64,000 nt of DNA from the human T2T-CHM13v2.0 reference genome, Homo sapiens. Shown in pieces: positions 16,999 through 32,999 of the stretch; the stretch's first letter is position 1; each line of letters opens with the position of its first letter. The stretch covers positions 2,144,001 to 2,208,000 of the forward strand of contig CP086569.2 of the NCBI GenBank assembly GCA_009914755.4, read 5' to 3'. A model generated the notes under the pieces. The model had not been told where the DNA came from. It was given only the letters and a program-made list of their open reading frames with translations, and ran no database searches. Made by a program: the position numbers and the translations under genes.

Positions 16999-18196
16999 AA
17001 TGGATGCTTTTAGACACAACGGCAAAACTAAGTTGTTGAGAGACAGAGAATGCATGGTCCGCGGAGCCAAAAATATTTCCTCTCTGACCCCTTAAAGTTG
17101 ACACCATCAGGGTACTCATGCCAAGGACCTCCCGCATCTGACTGCAACACAAAAGGACAGGCAGCCGCAGCTAGGAAGGAGCCTGGCTGCAAAGCCCTGA
17201 AACCCGAAAGCTTCCCAGAAGTTGCTCAGAAAGGAACTCATGCAGTTTGAGAAAATCTGGAAGAAACGAGCCAAACCCTGCTGTTTTCGTCGTCTGAAGA
17301 AATGAGCAAAACACTGCCGTTTTGCTGCAGACGGTCCTGTGAGAGTTTGCATTCTCTGTTCACCAGGCAGGGGCATGGCGAGTTCATTTTATAAAACTCT
17401 CAGGTGAGCCCCACGATTTGACGGAGCAGAAATCACTGGGAAAGGACGGGGCGGCGGGCCTGAGATCACAGAGGGGAAAACAGTAGAACTGCTGCCCAAG
17501 CACATCTGAGACTCGCAGAAGGCGCAGGAAGATGGTCGGAACAAAAGCAGGAGCTGGCTGCGCCAGGAATCCGGTCTCTGGGCCTCCTCTGCACTCACGA
17601 GCAAATGAACGTCACCACCGAGATTTCGGCACCCCAGAAACAGCCCAACCGGCTCCTTCCCACCAGCTGCCTCTTTACTAAAACATCCGAAACCTTTTTC
17701 TCACTTTCCCCAAGCTGTTTTCCTCACCCTTCAGAGGCCTGCTGGGAAAACAGTTCGAAGCAGGCAATTCTGCAAAGTGGGGGGGAAACAAAAACAACCA
17801 GCTCAGAGTTAGGGCTGTGCAGCCAGATGCAAGCGTGAAAACAAAACCGAACCGAAAAATCCCACCACTGTGCGGAAGGAGTGCCACACAGGCTGGGATG
17901 AGAACCGTCGGGGTTAGGGAAATGTCTCTGTAAGAAACCCTCAAGGACTAGAATTACTCCTAATGGGAAAAACGTGTAAACATGTCCCACTTAAATGAAC
18001 ATCACGATGCAAATGCTTAGTTATGAGGACTGAAAATGAACCCCTTTCAACCCAAAACGTGCAAGAAAGAGAAATTTCGGCATTTTAATGATGCCCAAGG
18101 ACAGGCAGTCAACCAACAGCACTTGGAAAGGGCAAGTCTGGGCAGAGGTGCACATCCCGGCCTTCCTGTGTTTCTTGGGGGCCATTGTTTTCTCAG

Positions 18197-18760
18197 GAGG
18201 GAGGAAAAGAGGGAGGGAGGAAGGAAAAAGGGATGGAAGGAAAACGAAAGAGGAAGGGAGGGAGGGAGAAAAGGGAGGGAGGGACAGAGGGAGGGAGGAA
18301 AGGAAGGAAGGAGGAAGGGAGGGAGACAGGGAGGGACAGAGGGAAGGAAGGAGGGAGGGAGGAGAGGGAAGGAGGGAGGGAGGGATGGGGGAAGGAGGGA
18401 GGGGAGGAAAGGGAGGCAGAGAGGGAGGGGAGGGAGGGAACGGAGAGAAGGAAGGGAGAAAAGGGAGAGAAGGGAGGGAAGGAAGGGAGAGAAGGAAGGA
18501 AGGGAGAAAAGGGAGAGAAGGGAGAGAAGGAAGGAAGGGAGAGAAGGAAGGAAGGGAGAGAAGGAAGGAAGGGAGAGAAGGAAGGAAGGGAGAGAAAGAA
18601 AGAAGGGAAGGGAGGGAAGGAAGGGAGAGAAGAAGAGACAAGGATGGGAGGGAAGGAAGGAAGGAAAGAAGGAAGAAAGGAAGGATTTGTTGGCTGAAGA
18701 AGAGAGGGAGGGTTGGACGGAAGGAGGAGGGAAGGAAGAGACCATGTGAGAGGAGGTGAG
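18197..18760. repeat. (GGAA)n/(GGGA)n purine-rich microsatellite, about 560 bp
   Basis: Near-continuous GGAA/GGGA/GAGA units on the + strand. The ORFs at 18021..18923, 18036..18749 and neighbours are repeat artefacts. Confidence 0.9.
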
Positions 18761-19191
18761 GAAGACAGGAAGAGAGGGGTGATAAGGAGGCTGGGGGGAG
18801 AGGGAAGGCGCTGATGCCATCCGGATCCATCCAGGCTGCCTCGTCCATGGGGCCTCCGTTTATACAACTATCCACTAAGTGAAGGAACCGGCAAAAATCT
18901 CTGCTCCCGGGGAACACTTTCACCAGCTGCCGGCTTTATTCACTCAGAAATTTTGATGCCAAAACACCCGAAAGTACATCATAACTTGAGGATTTACAGA
19001 CAAGAAAGAGGAGCACAGAACTGACCGTGGGTGCCCTGGAAAAAGTTGCTTTCAACAAGGACCACAACAAAAATAAAAATAATAATAATGATAAACCTCC
19101 CTCCACTCCCAGGATCAAGGGGTTCAGACAAACTGCAGTCCAGACGGACACGCGGCAGACAAATGAATGAGGAGCTAATGCATTGCTCTGG

Positions 19192-19197
19192 TTTATT
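19192..19197 (-). terminator. ZBED1: Candidate polyadenylation signal (AATAAA on the minus strand) for ZBED1
   Basis: The + strand reads TTTATT within GGTTTATTGAAC. It is the first strong hexamer consistent with the expected transcript end. Confidence 0.4.
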
Positions 19198-20072
19198 GAA
19201 CAACAGTCCAACTTTACAGCATTAAATAAGGGGCAACCGTTCAGGAGGGGAACGATGGCTTAAAAATAAAAATGAAGACAGAGCCGGGACAGTTCACATT
19301 TCCACGTGAGTGAGGAAAAGCGAAGGATTGTTAGAGACGTGAAGAGAACGCTGGCAATGCTACAGAATGGAGCCCACGGAGGCGTGGGCTGCCCTGCGTC
19401 CCCGGCCTCGGGGCAGAACAGGGAGCAACCCCAAAGCCTGCCCCACTGTGTCCCTTCCAGCTGCCCTTCTGCCGAGAACACCCGGAGCTGAGGGTTCCAA
19501 GTTCACGGCGGAACCGCTTCCCTTAAAAAGAAAGCAAAGGTTACGTAGATTTCTCCCGTGCTTCCTTTTCCACAGACTTAAACCGGCTCAGGACGTAAGG
19601 ATAACATTCTGTGCTGCTTGCAGCCCTGAGAAGTCAGCAGCCGTGAAAGGCAGGTAGTTCCTTTGCCCTCTGACACCCCGAGTTCTTGGGGTCTCGGCAG
19701 AACACTGCCTGGAGCTGAGTGGGGTCATCCCTCCTAGACACCGTTCTCCCCAGCCCAGCTTGTCTTCACGGAGGCAGAGAACCCGCTGCACGTAGAATCC
19801 AAGCAATATGCTAAGCCTCCTGAAGTATTTTTCCTCCAGTTAAAAAGCAGTTCTACATGTTGGAAAACGTCTTTCTGTTTCCCTGAATGACTGAAAGCAA
19901 CTCGCAGGAATCCAGCCACGGAAAACCCCTCCGGGGGCAATATTTTAAAATTCATTTCCCCTATGGTATTCAGTTTAAAAGAGAAGAATCAAGAGTCCTT
20001 TCCGGTAATCAAATCAAAAACACCTTATGTGGAAAAGCTGGCCGCACGGGGGAACTGGACTTTTAGGGCTGA

Positions 20073-20370
<298 letters not shown>

Positions 20371-20930
20371 ACCGCCCAGTTTTAAGGACCAACTCCGCAA
20401 AGTGAAATTTCGGCAGGCAGCAGGAAGCAGGCTCTCTGGCAGCGACCTGTCGAAAATACAACACATTCCACACTTTTTTTTCTGTTTGCTTTTTGTTAAG
20501 TGTCTGCATTTTTGTACTCATCTGTCACATTTTTAACCGAACATTAAAAAAAAAGGTCTCTCTTTTTAAGAAGGGCATTTTGGCTAAAAGGTCTCTTCCC
20601 CATTTCTCAGAAGCAAGAGGTCCCTGCTTGCACGAGAATGTAAACATGAATTCAGTGATCTGGACCTCGCAGAAGTCACACATGATGATCGGGAAAGGCT
20701 CCTTCGACGCCACCCAGAATGTTCCTGCGTTTCTTCTAAACCCTCCCAGGGAGAACTCGAATCAGACATGGTGGAGGTCTTAAGTATCTGTGAAGGAAGG
20801 AACAGCTCCTCTAGGCTCTGCTGCACGCAATTCCCAAGCAGAAGCGTTGGCAGTTCCCAAGCAGAAGTCGTCCGGGCCCCGGGAATAGGGGAGGAAAGGA
20901 AACCCACTCAAAGCCACCTCTCTTGTGTCT

Positions 20931-21218
20931 TCTTTTTTCTTTTTGAGAGAGTCTCGCTCTTGTCGCCCAGGCTGGAGTGCAGCGATCTCAGCTTACTGCA
21001 ACCTCCACCTCCCAGGTTCAAGCGATTCTCTGGCCTCAGCCTCCAGAAGCTGGGATTACAGGCACATGCCATCAGTCCTGGCTAATTTTTGTATTTTTAG
21101 TAGAGACGGGGTTTCGCCATGTTGGCCAGGCTGGTCTCGATCTCCTGACCTCAGCTGATCTGCCCACCTCGGCCTCCCAAAGTGCTGCGATTATAGACAG
21201 GAGCCACCGCCCCCGACC
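20931..21218 (-). mobile_element. Alu SINE inside the inferred ZBED1 3'UTR
   Basis: Reverse-complement Alu consensus. Confidence 0.9.
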
Positions 21219-21378
21219 CTCTCTCACTTCTCGAATCTCTTTCCTTTTTCCACCTTCTAGGTGTCAAAGACAGTGGATGGTCTCTGAGGTTCAAAACCAA
21301 GCTGACCGGGTAAGTATTTACAGCAAAGCATCCAATGGGCTGCTGCGGGGATGACTTGTAAGACAACACGCTTCCTCG

Positions 21379-23463
21379 CTACAGGAAGCTGCTGTCCCTA
21401 ATGCCAAAGAAACCGCCGCTGACGCCATCCCCCAAGGAGAACACCTGCTCCTGGTCCAGGCCCCACTCCCCCTCGTCCTGGTCCTCGGGTTCCGCCTCTG
21501 CCCCACTCCGGGCGTTCTCATACAGAAACACCTGCTCGTCCACGTGCGCGGGAGCCAGCCGGTTCCTCTTGGCGCTGACCACGTTGGCGGCGGATCCGAA
21601 GAGACGCTCAGGGGCGACGCGCGTGGCCGTCACGCACCAGTACTTCTGCAGCACCTTGGGCAGCAGGGGGAAGAGGGCCAGGCGGTCTGACCACCACTTG
21701 AGGGGGTCTTCGTTGAGGCCAAGCACCTTCTGGGACTTGAAGTTGCTCAGCTCCTCCACCACCTGGGCATGCCACTCTTCCTGGTCCTCCACGCCGCCTG
21801 TCTGGCAGAAGATCTCGGCCAGCATGTTGTTGATGACGCTGGCGGGCGGCGGCGTGGATGTCCGCATGAGCTTCTTGACGGGAGGCTCCTCGGGCACCGG
21901 GAAGATCTTGTCCTCAGCCGGCCGGTAGCCGCCGTCTTTGACCTTGTCCAGCAGGCCCTTGGCCTCTTCCACCACGCGATTCTCCACCTGCTGCCGCTCG
22001 AAGGCGGAGAGGAAGGGCAGCCTCTTGTAGCGGGGGTCCAGGAAGGTGGCCACGTTGAGAAACATGTCGATCTCGGGCGTCTCCTGGTAGGTCTTGGAAA
22101 GCTCCTTGGCGATGACCTCCTTGGCCATGCTGAGCTCCTTGGAGTCGGTCTCCTTGATGTTGAGCGTGGTGTTCAGGAGCATGTGCAGCAGCGGCTTCAC
22201 CATGCTGATGGTGGGGTACCTGGAGGCCGACAGCATCTCGGCCACCTGCTTGAAGGGCTGCAGGAGCTCCACCAGCCCCTCGATGGTGGCCCACTCGCTG
22301 GCCTCCAGCATGAGGTGGTGGTTGTTGCTGTCCTCCACCAAGACCCCGGCGATGACGAACTGCTGCTCCTTGAGGCGCTGCAGCATGGCCAGCGTGCTCC
22401 CCCACCAGGAGACGCGGTTGCTCACCAGCATGCAGTGGGCCACGTTCTGCTGCTTCTGCTTCTCATAGAGCATGTACATGGCCACGGCAGACTGCTGGAA
22501 GTACTCCACCAGTTTGCGGCAGCGCGACAGCAGCGCCCCCAGCTTCGGGAGCTGGAAGGCCTGCTGGATGCCGGCATTGAAGGTGTGGCCCAGGCAGGGC
22601 ATGTGCACTGCGACGTCCAGCAGGGAGCACGCCTTCACGATGTCCTTGCCATAGTTGGTGGTGGCCCCGAAGACCTTGGCGCTGATGCCCCACTCGATGA
22701 AGACCTCATAGAGCACTCGCGTGATGGTCTCCGCCGTGTTCTCTTCGGGCACCTCGAAGGTCTTCAGGCAGCGGGAGCCCATGGACAGGCAGTTGGGGGC
22801 GCCCAGGCCCAGGAAGTGGGCGGCCAGCGTGACGTAGGCGCGGTTCTGATTCTCACTCCTCCACATGTCGGTGGAGATGCCACACCAGGTGGCCTCGGCC
22901 AGCTCCTTCAGGATCACCTCCCGGACGGCCCCGTACTTCTCAGGGATGGCCTTGGTAGAGATGTACTTCCGGCTGGGCAGCTCATACCGGGGGTCGGCCG
23001 TCTTCAGCAGCACCTTGAAGGTGGGCTCGTCCACGATGGAGGCTGGGTACAGCCCCTCGCAGATGAGGCCCAGCACGGCGGCCGTCAGCTCCTGCTGCTT
23101 CTTGCTGTCGTAGCCGTGGCCGGCCTTGACGGCCAGCGCATCCTGCCCGGGCTGCTGGGACGACTCGGGCTTCAGCTTGGAGAAGGCGGTGGCGAAGGCT
23201 TCACGCATCTGCTCCGTGTTGCTCTTGACGAACTCGCAGAATTCCTCGGGGTGGTTCTTCTCCAGGTGGTAGGACAGGTTGGAGGTGTTTCCGGAGTAGG
23301 CGATCTGGGCCATGCAGATGCGGCAGTAGATTTTCTTCCACTGCAGGATGCATCCCTCGGCGTTGGTGTCGAAGCCGAAATACTTCCACACCTTGCTCTT
23401 GGCGCGGGGGTGGGCCACCAGCTTCAGGTCTGTCTGGGAGCTCTCCAGGCTTTTATTCTCCAT
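21379..23463 (-). CDS. ZBED1: ZBED1 (hDREF/TRAMP), a zinc-finger BED-type protein that is a domesticated hAT transposase. 694 aa, intronless CDS.
   Basis: A complete ORF whose protein begins [31 protein letters not shown] and ends GIRDSSFL. I recognise it as human ZBED1. It carries a BED-finger C-x2-C...H-x4-H signature ([13 protein letters not shown]...HLEKNH) and a hAT dimerisation-like C-terminus ([62 protein letters not shown]). Confidence 0.92.
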
Positions 23464-23514
23464 TGCTTCTCCACCGGAGCCTGCCTGCTGGACGGCTGCT
23501 CATGCGTGGGGACC
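23464..23514 (-). other. ZBED1: ZBED1 5'UTR part of the coding exon, with a candidate splice acceptor at 23514/23515
   Basis: The minus strand reads TTGTCTTGGCCCTTCTCAG|CAGGTCCCC: a polypyrimidine tract followed by AG, 51 nt upstream of the ATG. Confidence 0.45.
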
Positions 23515-23520
23515 TGCTGA

Positions 23521-24223
<703 letters not shown>

Positions 24224-24954
24224 TAGAAGAATCCACAAGTGGCCAGGCAGACCCCCCACTGCCAACCATCACAGCAGGACTCTCTGAATGCCACCTGAGC
24301 TTCATTCACTGCATTAAAGAAGCCAAACAGGACCTCCATCTGACTAAAGCCAGCTTTCCTATGGCTAAGAGGCACTGCACACTCTTCTCAAACTTTATGG
24401 TTTAAAATGAAGCCATGTGGAACGTCACAGGTGCATCCGTGATCTGTAAGCACGTCTGAAGAAGCATGGATTTCTCAATCCCTGGAACTTCTCAAAATGC
24501 CCATTGTGTCCAGTCACACCTGTGGGCAGAAAGGCCCAACTGGGCAAATATCACACACCTGTGCAAACATCAGGCAGTCGGTGTGGAGGCTTAGATGACC
24601 CAGAAGCCAGTCCCCAGGGTTCCTGTTGAGGTTGAATGCTCACACATACAGGCCCTTCCAGCTGCCACTCAGGAGGCCACCTCTGTGACTGGGTTGCCCA
24701 AAATGACAGCTGGGCTTTGTTAAAAGGTGTAATTGTGTCTCCAAGTGTCCAGTACAGTGCTCAGGAGGGTAAATATCAAAATGCACCACCCAGGCACGTT
24801 CAGAGTGTTGGGATACAGTCAGTGCAAGGAGGCATATTTCAATGATGACTATAGTGGGTTGAAAAGCGTCCTCCCCTACCAAAGAAAATCTGTATCCACC
24901 TGGTACTTGTGTATGGGACCTTGTTTGGAAAAAGGGTCTTTGCAGATGTATTAA

Positions 24955-25650
24955 TAATGAAGGTAAGGATCTTTAGATGAGATTATTCTCAATTGAGGTG
25001 GTCCTAAATGCAGTGACCAGTGTCCTTAATAGAAGACAGATGAGGAGACACGGACACACAGGAGAAGACCACATGGAGACAGAGGCCGAGACTGGAGTGA
25101 TGCGGCCACAAACCCAGAACGCCTGGAGCCCCCAGGAGCTGGGAGAGGCAGGAAGGATCCTCCTCTAGAGCCTCCACAATGAACTGGATAAAATCATGGT
25201 GGATTGAACAGTGGCCCGCAGAAAGATCTGTCCACAGCCTAAAGCCCAGGATGTGGAATGAGATCTTACTTGGTTATTAGAAATTTTGTAGATCTCATGA
25301 GTTAAGGATCTGGAGATGAGATCATCCGGGATTTGAGTGAGCCCTAAATGCAGTGACAGATGTCCTTATAAAAGACAGAAGAGGAGACACAGACACAGAG
25401 AAGGCCACATGGAGACAGAGGCAGAGACTAGAGTGATGATGTGGCTGGCCTGAAGCCCAGGGACGCCAGGAGCCCCCAGGAGCTGGGAGAGGCAGGAAGC
25501 ACCCTCCGCGTAAGCCTCCGGAGGGAGCGCAGCCCTGAGACACTTTGATTACAGACTTCTGGCCTCCAGAACTGGGAGAGAATAAGCTATGGTTTTAAGC
25601 CCTCCGGTTTCTGGTACTTTATTAAAGCAAGGTATTCTGAAGGTTAATTT
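24955..25650 (+). mobile_element. Two adjacent partial copies of a MaLR-type LTR (MLT/MST-like)
   Basis: Motifs GGAGACACAGACACAG..GGCCACATGGAGACAGAGGC.GAGA.TGGAGTGATG...CCAGGAGCTGGGAGAGGCAGGAAG...TTCTGGCCTCCAGAACTGGGAGAGAATAAG. The sub-family assignment is uncertain. Confidence 0.55.
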
Positions 25651-26029
25651 TGCCCGAAATAATGAGTGGAGGTCTTAGAAAGGCCCCCCGTCTTCACGGG
25701 CAGTCGCGGCCTGCGTTGCTGGCTTTCCGTCAACGGTGCCCGCCCAGTGCTTTTTAGGGAGACGCCGCCACGTGCCAGGTGAGCTGGGCATTGCCAGAGC
25801 CCAGCAGTGCCACTTCCCAAGACTGGGGTGCAAGGAGGGGGGTCCTGTGGCCAATGCCAGCACCCTGGTTTGTTCTAAGGTGCTGAGAGAATGAATAACA
25901 TGACCGGGACTTCCACAAAACGAGGAACCCCCAAACTGCATCTTCTGCAGCCGAGTTAGGGTGGGGCCCCTGGATTACACAGTCAACGGAGGGGGAAAAG
26001 AATCTCAAGAGGCCTCCTAAGTCCGACCT

Positions 26030-28160
<2,131 letters not shown>

Positions 28161-28888
28161 TCATCATTTGGCTGAAACAGGTCTAGTACCTGGAGTGAAG
28201 TTTTGTACTAAGAGCCAAAATTCCCAAACCCCTAACCAAGTGACTCCTGGAAGGAGAAACAAGAAGCTCCCTCCCACGTCTCCTGCTGTCAGAATTCCAT
28301 GGGATTCCCAGGTAAAGAACCGTCCACACAGTAGGTGGGTTCCACCTGAACCCACGTAACAGCCACAGCAGAGCTGACCTTCTGCAGTGAGTACCCTCCT
28401 TCCTCCTTCCTCCTCCCTTGCAGCGCTTCCGAGCACACAAGGCCACGAATAAAGGTTGCTGTAAACCAGCCTCTCACTGCCTCATTCTTCAAGACTGGTG
28501 CAGCATCCCCAGTGCGGGGGGAGGGGGGTTTGGGGGGGACACTCCCCAAAACGCTCTCAGGGGGCCGGCGATTTCACGTTTCCAATTGCACATCCATGAG
28601 AGGCCAGTGGATGTGCCTCACATGACTCTTACCAGAACGACACGTCGCAAGAGACCAGTGTGAAGAAGCAGAGGAAGGAGCCAGCCGCCATCCGTCCCTT
28701 TATGGATGAGACTGACAAAACCCTAAAACTCAGCCACTCTTCTCCCTAGGTTTTTGTTATTTTGGAAATGACAATCATTTTTCTTTTAAAAAACATACAG
28801 CACATGGCCAAAGGGTACCAAGTTTCTGTTCGACAGGAGGAATCCGTTTCAGTGACCTACTGCACAGCGTGGTGGCGATAGTTAATAG

Positions 28889-29380
<492 letters not shown>

Positions 29381-29860
29381 TAAAAAACAAAAATAGCTAA
29401 AAGAGATTTTAAATGTTCCCACCGCAAAGGAAAAATAGCGGGTGATAGATATTAGTTTAATTATTCCACAATGCAAACATACAGCAAAGCATCACACTGT
29501 GCCCCATAAGTGTACACATTTATATATTTATATAAAAATATCAATTGTTTTTATTTACATCTAAATTATATAAATATAACTTATTTGTATTTTATATTTA
29601 TAGAAAAGTATAAATTATTCTAAAAATATATATATTTAATAAAAATAAAATATAAAAACAATAAATATATTACATACATTTTTGTATGTAACATGTAATT
29701 GGCCTGTTACCATTACTTTTAAATAGATTGTTAAATATGTTTTAAATTTCTGTTTTAATGTCTAACAGGATGACTTATTGACTGTTATAATCCACAAAAA
29801 CAAAAACTGTCTGGGGTCCTCATTTTTTTTGAAAGAGATTCTATGATCAAGAAATTGGAG

Positions 29861-30174
<314 letters not shown>

Positions 30175-32234
30175 TTACTTCTACCTGATTTCTAATAGCC
30201 ACTGTTCACTACTCATAAAACCAACAAGAATTAACTTTCCCTTTACAGGTTAAAAAAAAAATAGTTTGAAAAGTAGGACTTCTATAAATAGCTTTGTAAG
30301 TGGGCCAGTTGGCATATTTTTTGTAAATACTCACTCCTGTGGTACAGCATTTACGAATCCATTTTGCATCCCAGAAAGTGAAGGAATATTCTGTGGCCTA
30401 TTATTTACAATAGAACTTTTAAGAAAAATTCTGTGGCAGTATTGGAACTGGACTTGACTACAGGTACCATCAATTTTCTCTCCTTTGCAAAACTCATTGA
30501 TGTATCAGAGAAAATGTAATTTCTAAACAGATCACCCTGTTATTAATACCGGTGGGTAGAGACTTTCTTTACTCAATATGATCATTTTCAACAGATTTCA
30601 GGCCATATCAATGTTCAAGTTTTGATGCCATATTAGGATATTAAATGCACTGATTAAATCATCTATTTTAAAATCCAACCAACAGATACAACTTACTGAA
30701 TGGGCCGCATGGATATAGTCTTAAGAACACAGAGACAGACCCTCTTATGGGAATTCTCAATTTGCTTCTAAACCCCCTCTGTAAAGGCATGACCAACATC
30801 TATGATTAATTTGTAATTATCTTGTTTTTCCATGATGAACTGTAAGAAGACACCATTTAGGAGTGGATTCCAGCCACAATTTCTTCCTTCTCATACCATG
30901 TAAGTCAACTCATGTGGAAGGTGTAACCCAGGCATTTCCTTTGTACGATACCTAAGAAGAACACGCTCCATTTGGAAGTTCTAAGAAAAAACTGCCCTTG
31001 CTTCCAATCTGCAGTGGGGAAATTGGCCCTCTTGGTTATTCAAACAGCTTAGCTCAAATGCCCTGGACAAAGTTCAATGTTTCCTCACCAACAGCGAAGG
31101 CCTACCAGAGAGAAGCAAATAAAAAATGCCGTTTAGGAAGCTGGCCACCAGCAGACCAAGGACAACAGCATTCCTCCACTGGTATCGAAAATTATTTTTA
31201 ATCCATACATAGGAAGGGGCTCGATGAGGGCAAGCCACTTAAGTTAATCTTTAGAGAAGGCCATTCTGTTTCGATACACACCCGGGTACAGATTCCCTTG
31301 GCAGACACGTGACTTCACCAGAAGCTCGTCCTCTTTAACAACCTTCTGTTGTTGTTTAATCAGTAAATGGGAAAAAAAAAAAAAAAAAAAGATTCCAGCC
31401 CTTTTTCTAATGCACAAAGAGCAAGTTTTTCAAAGGCCAGCATTTTGGTGAGCTGCTGCAGGAACCCCGGCCTCTTCTGCCAGGGCCCACACAGGCCCTT
31501 AAGGAGGTTTAAGGGGACCTTTCTGTAAGCAAAACTGCCCGGATAAACATAATCTTCTGCGAGACTCCACACAATTGTTCAGCAGCTGTAAACCGTTCAC
31601 CTTGCAACTGATTACTTACTTCAAACAAACATGCTCTCCTGCCCTCCGAAAGCCTGACTACAGTTCCCTTTACTCTCCTTCTTCTATGCATTTGTAATTA
31701 TGCTAAGTGGGTTTAAAAAAAAATACTGAAGGCCAGTTTGGCAGAAAAAGAAAAGCTTAGCTCACAGAAAACTCAAAGCTCTTTTTCTCTGGCTAGAGGC
31801 GGGAGAGAGAGGCTCATTTTAAAACATCCACTCCAGGCACGCTTCTCAAAGGGTGGCGCTGGGACCCCTGGGGTTCCTTCAGTGGGTGCAGAGTGGAAGT
31901 CAAAAGTCATTTCACAATAAGGCACCCAAGCGCTTCGCCTGGCTGACTCCCAGTCTCCCAGAGGCGTGCAGTAGTGTCTTCCAGAGGCCTCCTGACATGC
32001 CATGAAACTGTCTACAGAGGCAGAAATAACAGCTCTCTTCTTAGGCTGGACATTTAAGACATTCAGGGCAACGTACACCCCCACCCCCACCACACTGACC
32101 CTCTGAACGCTCTGTTTTGGAAAACTGTTATTTTTGAAACAAAGTATCATTTAACCTAACATGGAATTAACATTCCCTTTATTCCAGTTCACAAATAATT
32201 GTTTACAGGTTTCTAGGTTTAAATTGAGAATATG

Positions 32235-32790
32235 GGCTGGGCACAGTGGCGCTCTGTCTGTAATCCCAGCAGTTTGGGAGGCCCAGACTGGAGGATTGCT
32301 GCAGGCCAGGGGTTCAAGACCAGCCTGGGCAACATGGTGAGATGCCATCTCTACAAAAAATTTAAAACATTAGCCAGGCGTGGTGGCTCACGCCTGTAAA
32401 CCCAGCACTTTGGGGGACCCAGGTAGGAGGATTGCTTCGGCCCATGAGTTTCAGACCAGCCTGGGCAACGTAGCAAGACCCTATTGCTACACAAAAAAAT
32501 TAAAACATTAGACAGGTGTGGTGGCTCACACCTGTAATCCCAACAGTTTGGGAGGCAAAGGAAGGAAGATCGCTTGAGCCCAGGAGTTCGAGACCAGCCT
32601 GAGCAACATAGCAAGACCCCGTCTACAAAACTTTAAAACATTAGTCGGATGCAGTAGCTGGTGCCTGTAATGCCAGCACTTTGGGAGGCTGAGGCAGGAG
32701 GACTGCTTGAGCCCAGGAGTTCGAGAGTAGCCTCGGCAACAGAGCAAGACTTCATCTCTACTTCCTATTACAAAAAATAATAATAATAAT
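32235..32790 (+). repeat. Tandem array of four free left Alu monomers (FLAM-like, about 130 bp each)
   Basis: GGTGGCTCACGCCTGTAA.CCCAGCACTTTGGG...GAGTTCGAGACCAGCCTG.GCAACATAGCAAGACC recurs four times with TAAAACATTAG spacers. Confidence 0.85.
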
Positions 32791-32999
32791 AAATTCTGAA
32801 CCTGCAAATCTAGGAACAGAAGTTATCTGCATACACAAAACACAGTGGCGGTCATCACTGATGAGTTCAGACAGTGAACGAGTCCTGCAAAGTTGGAGAT
32901 CTGTGACTCAGAGATGTTTACAAAGGCCAAGGAAACAAAGTTGCCACTTAACGGGCCTGCCCTCCCCACCAGACCTCCGTGGCTCCCCAGTGCCCGAGA

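Noticed and set aside
18021-18923. ORFs of 300, 257, 237, 224, 223 and 170 aa, in both orientations
   Set aside because: They lie entirely within the (GGAA)n/(GGGA)n microsatellite and encode poly-(SLP)/(GREGK) low-complexity strings.
21769-23520. A 583-aa ORF on the + strand, antisense to ZBED1
   Set aside because: It overlaps the ZBED1 CDS almost entirely. Its product is low-complexity and Gly/Leu/Ala/Arg-rich, with no recognisable domain. Long antisense ORFs are expected in CDSs with very high GC3 because stop codons are AT-rich.
31368-31392. A poly(A) run of about 22 nt that could mark a processed pseudogene end
   Set aside because: The 1.1 kb on either side has no coding-like or intron-less gene-like structure, and the flanks show no target-site duplication. 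It is more likely a simple A-tract.
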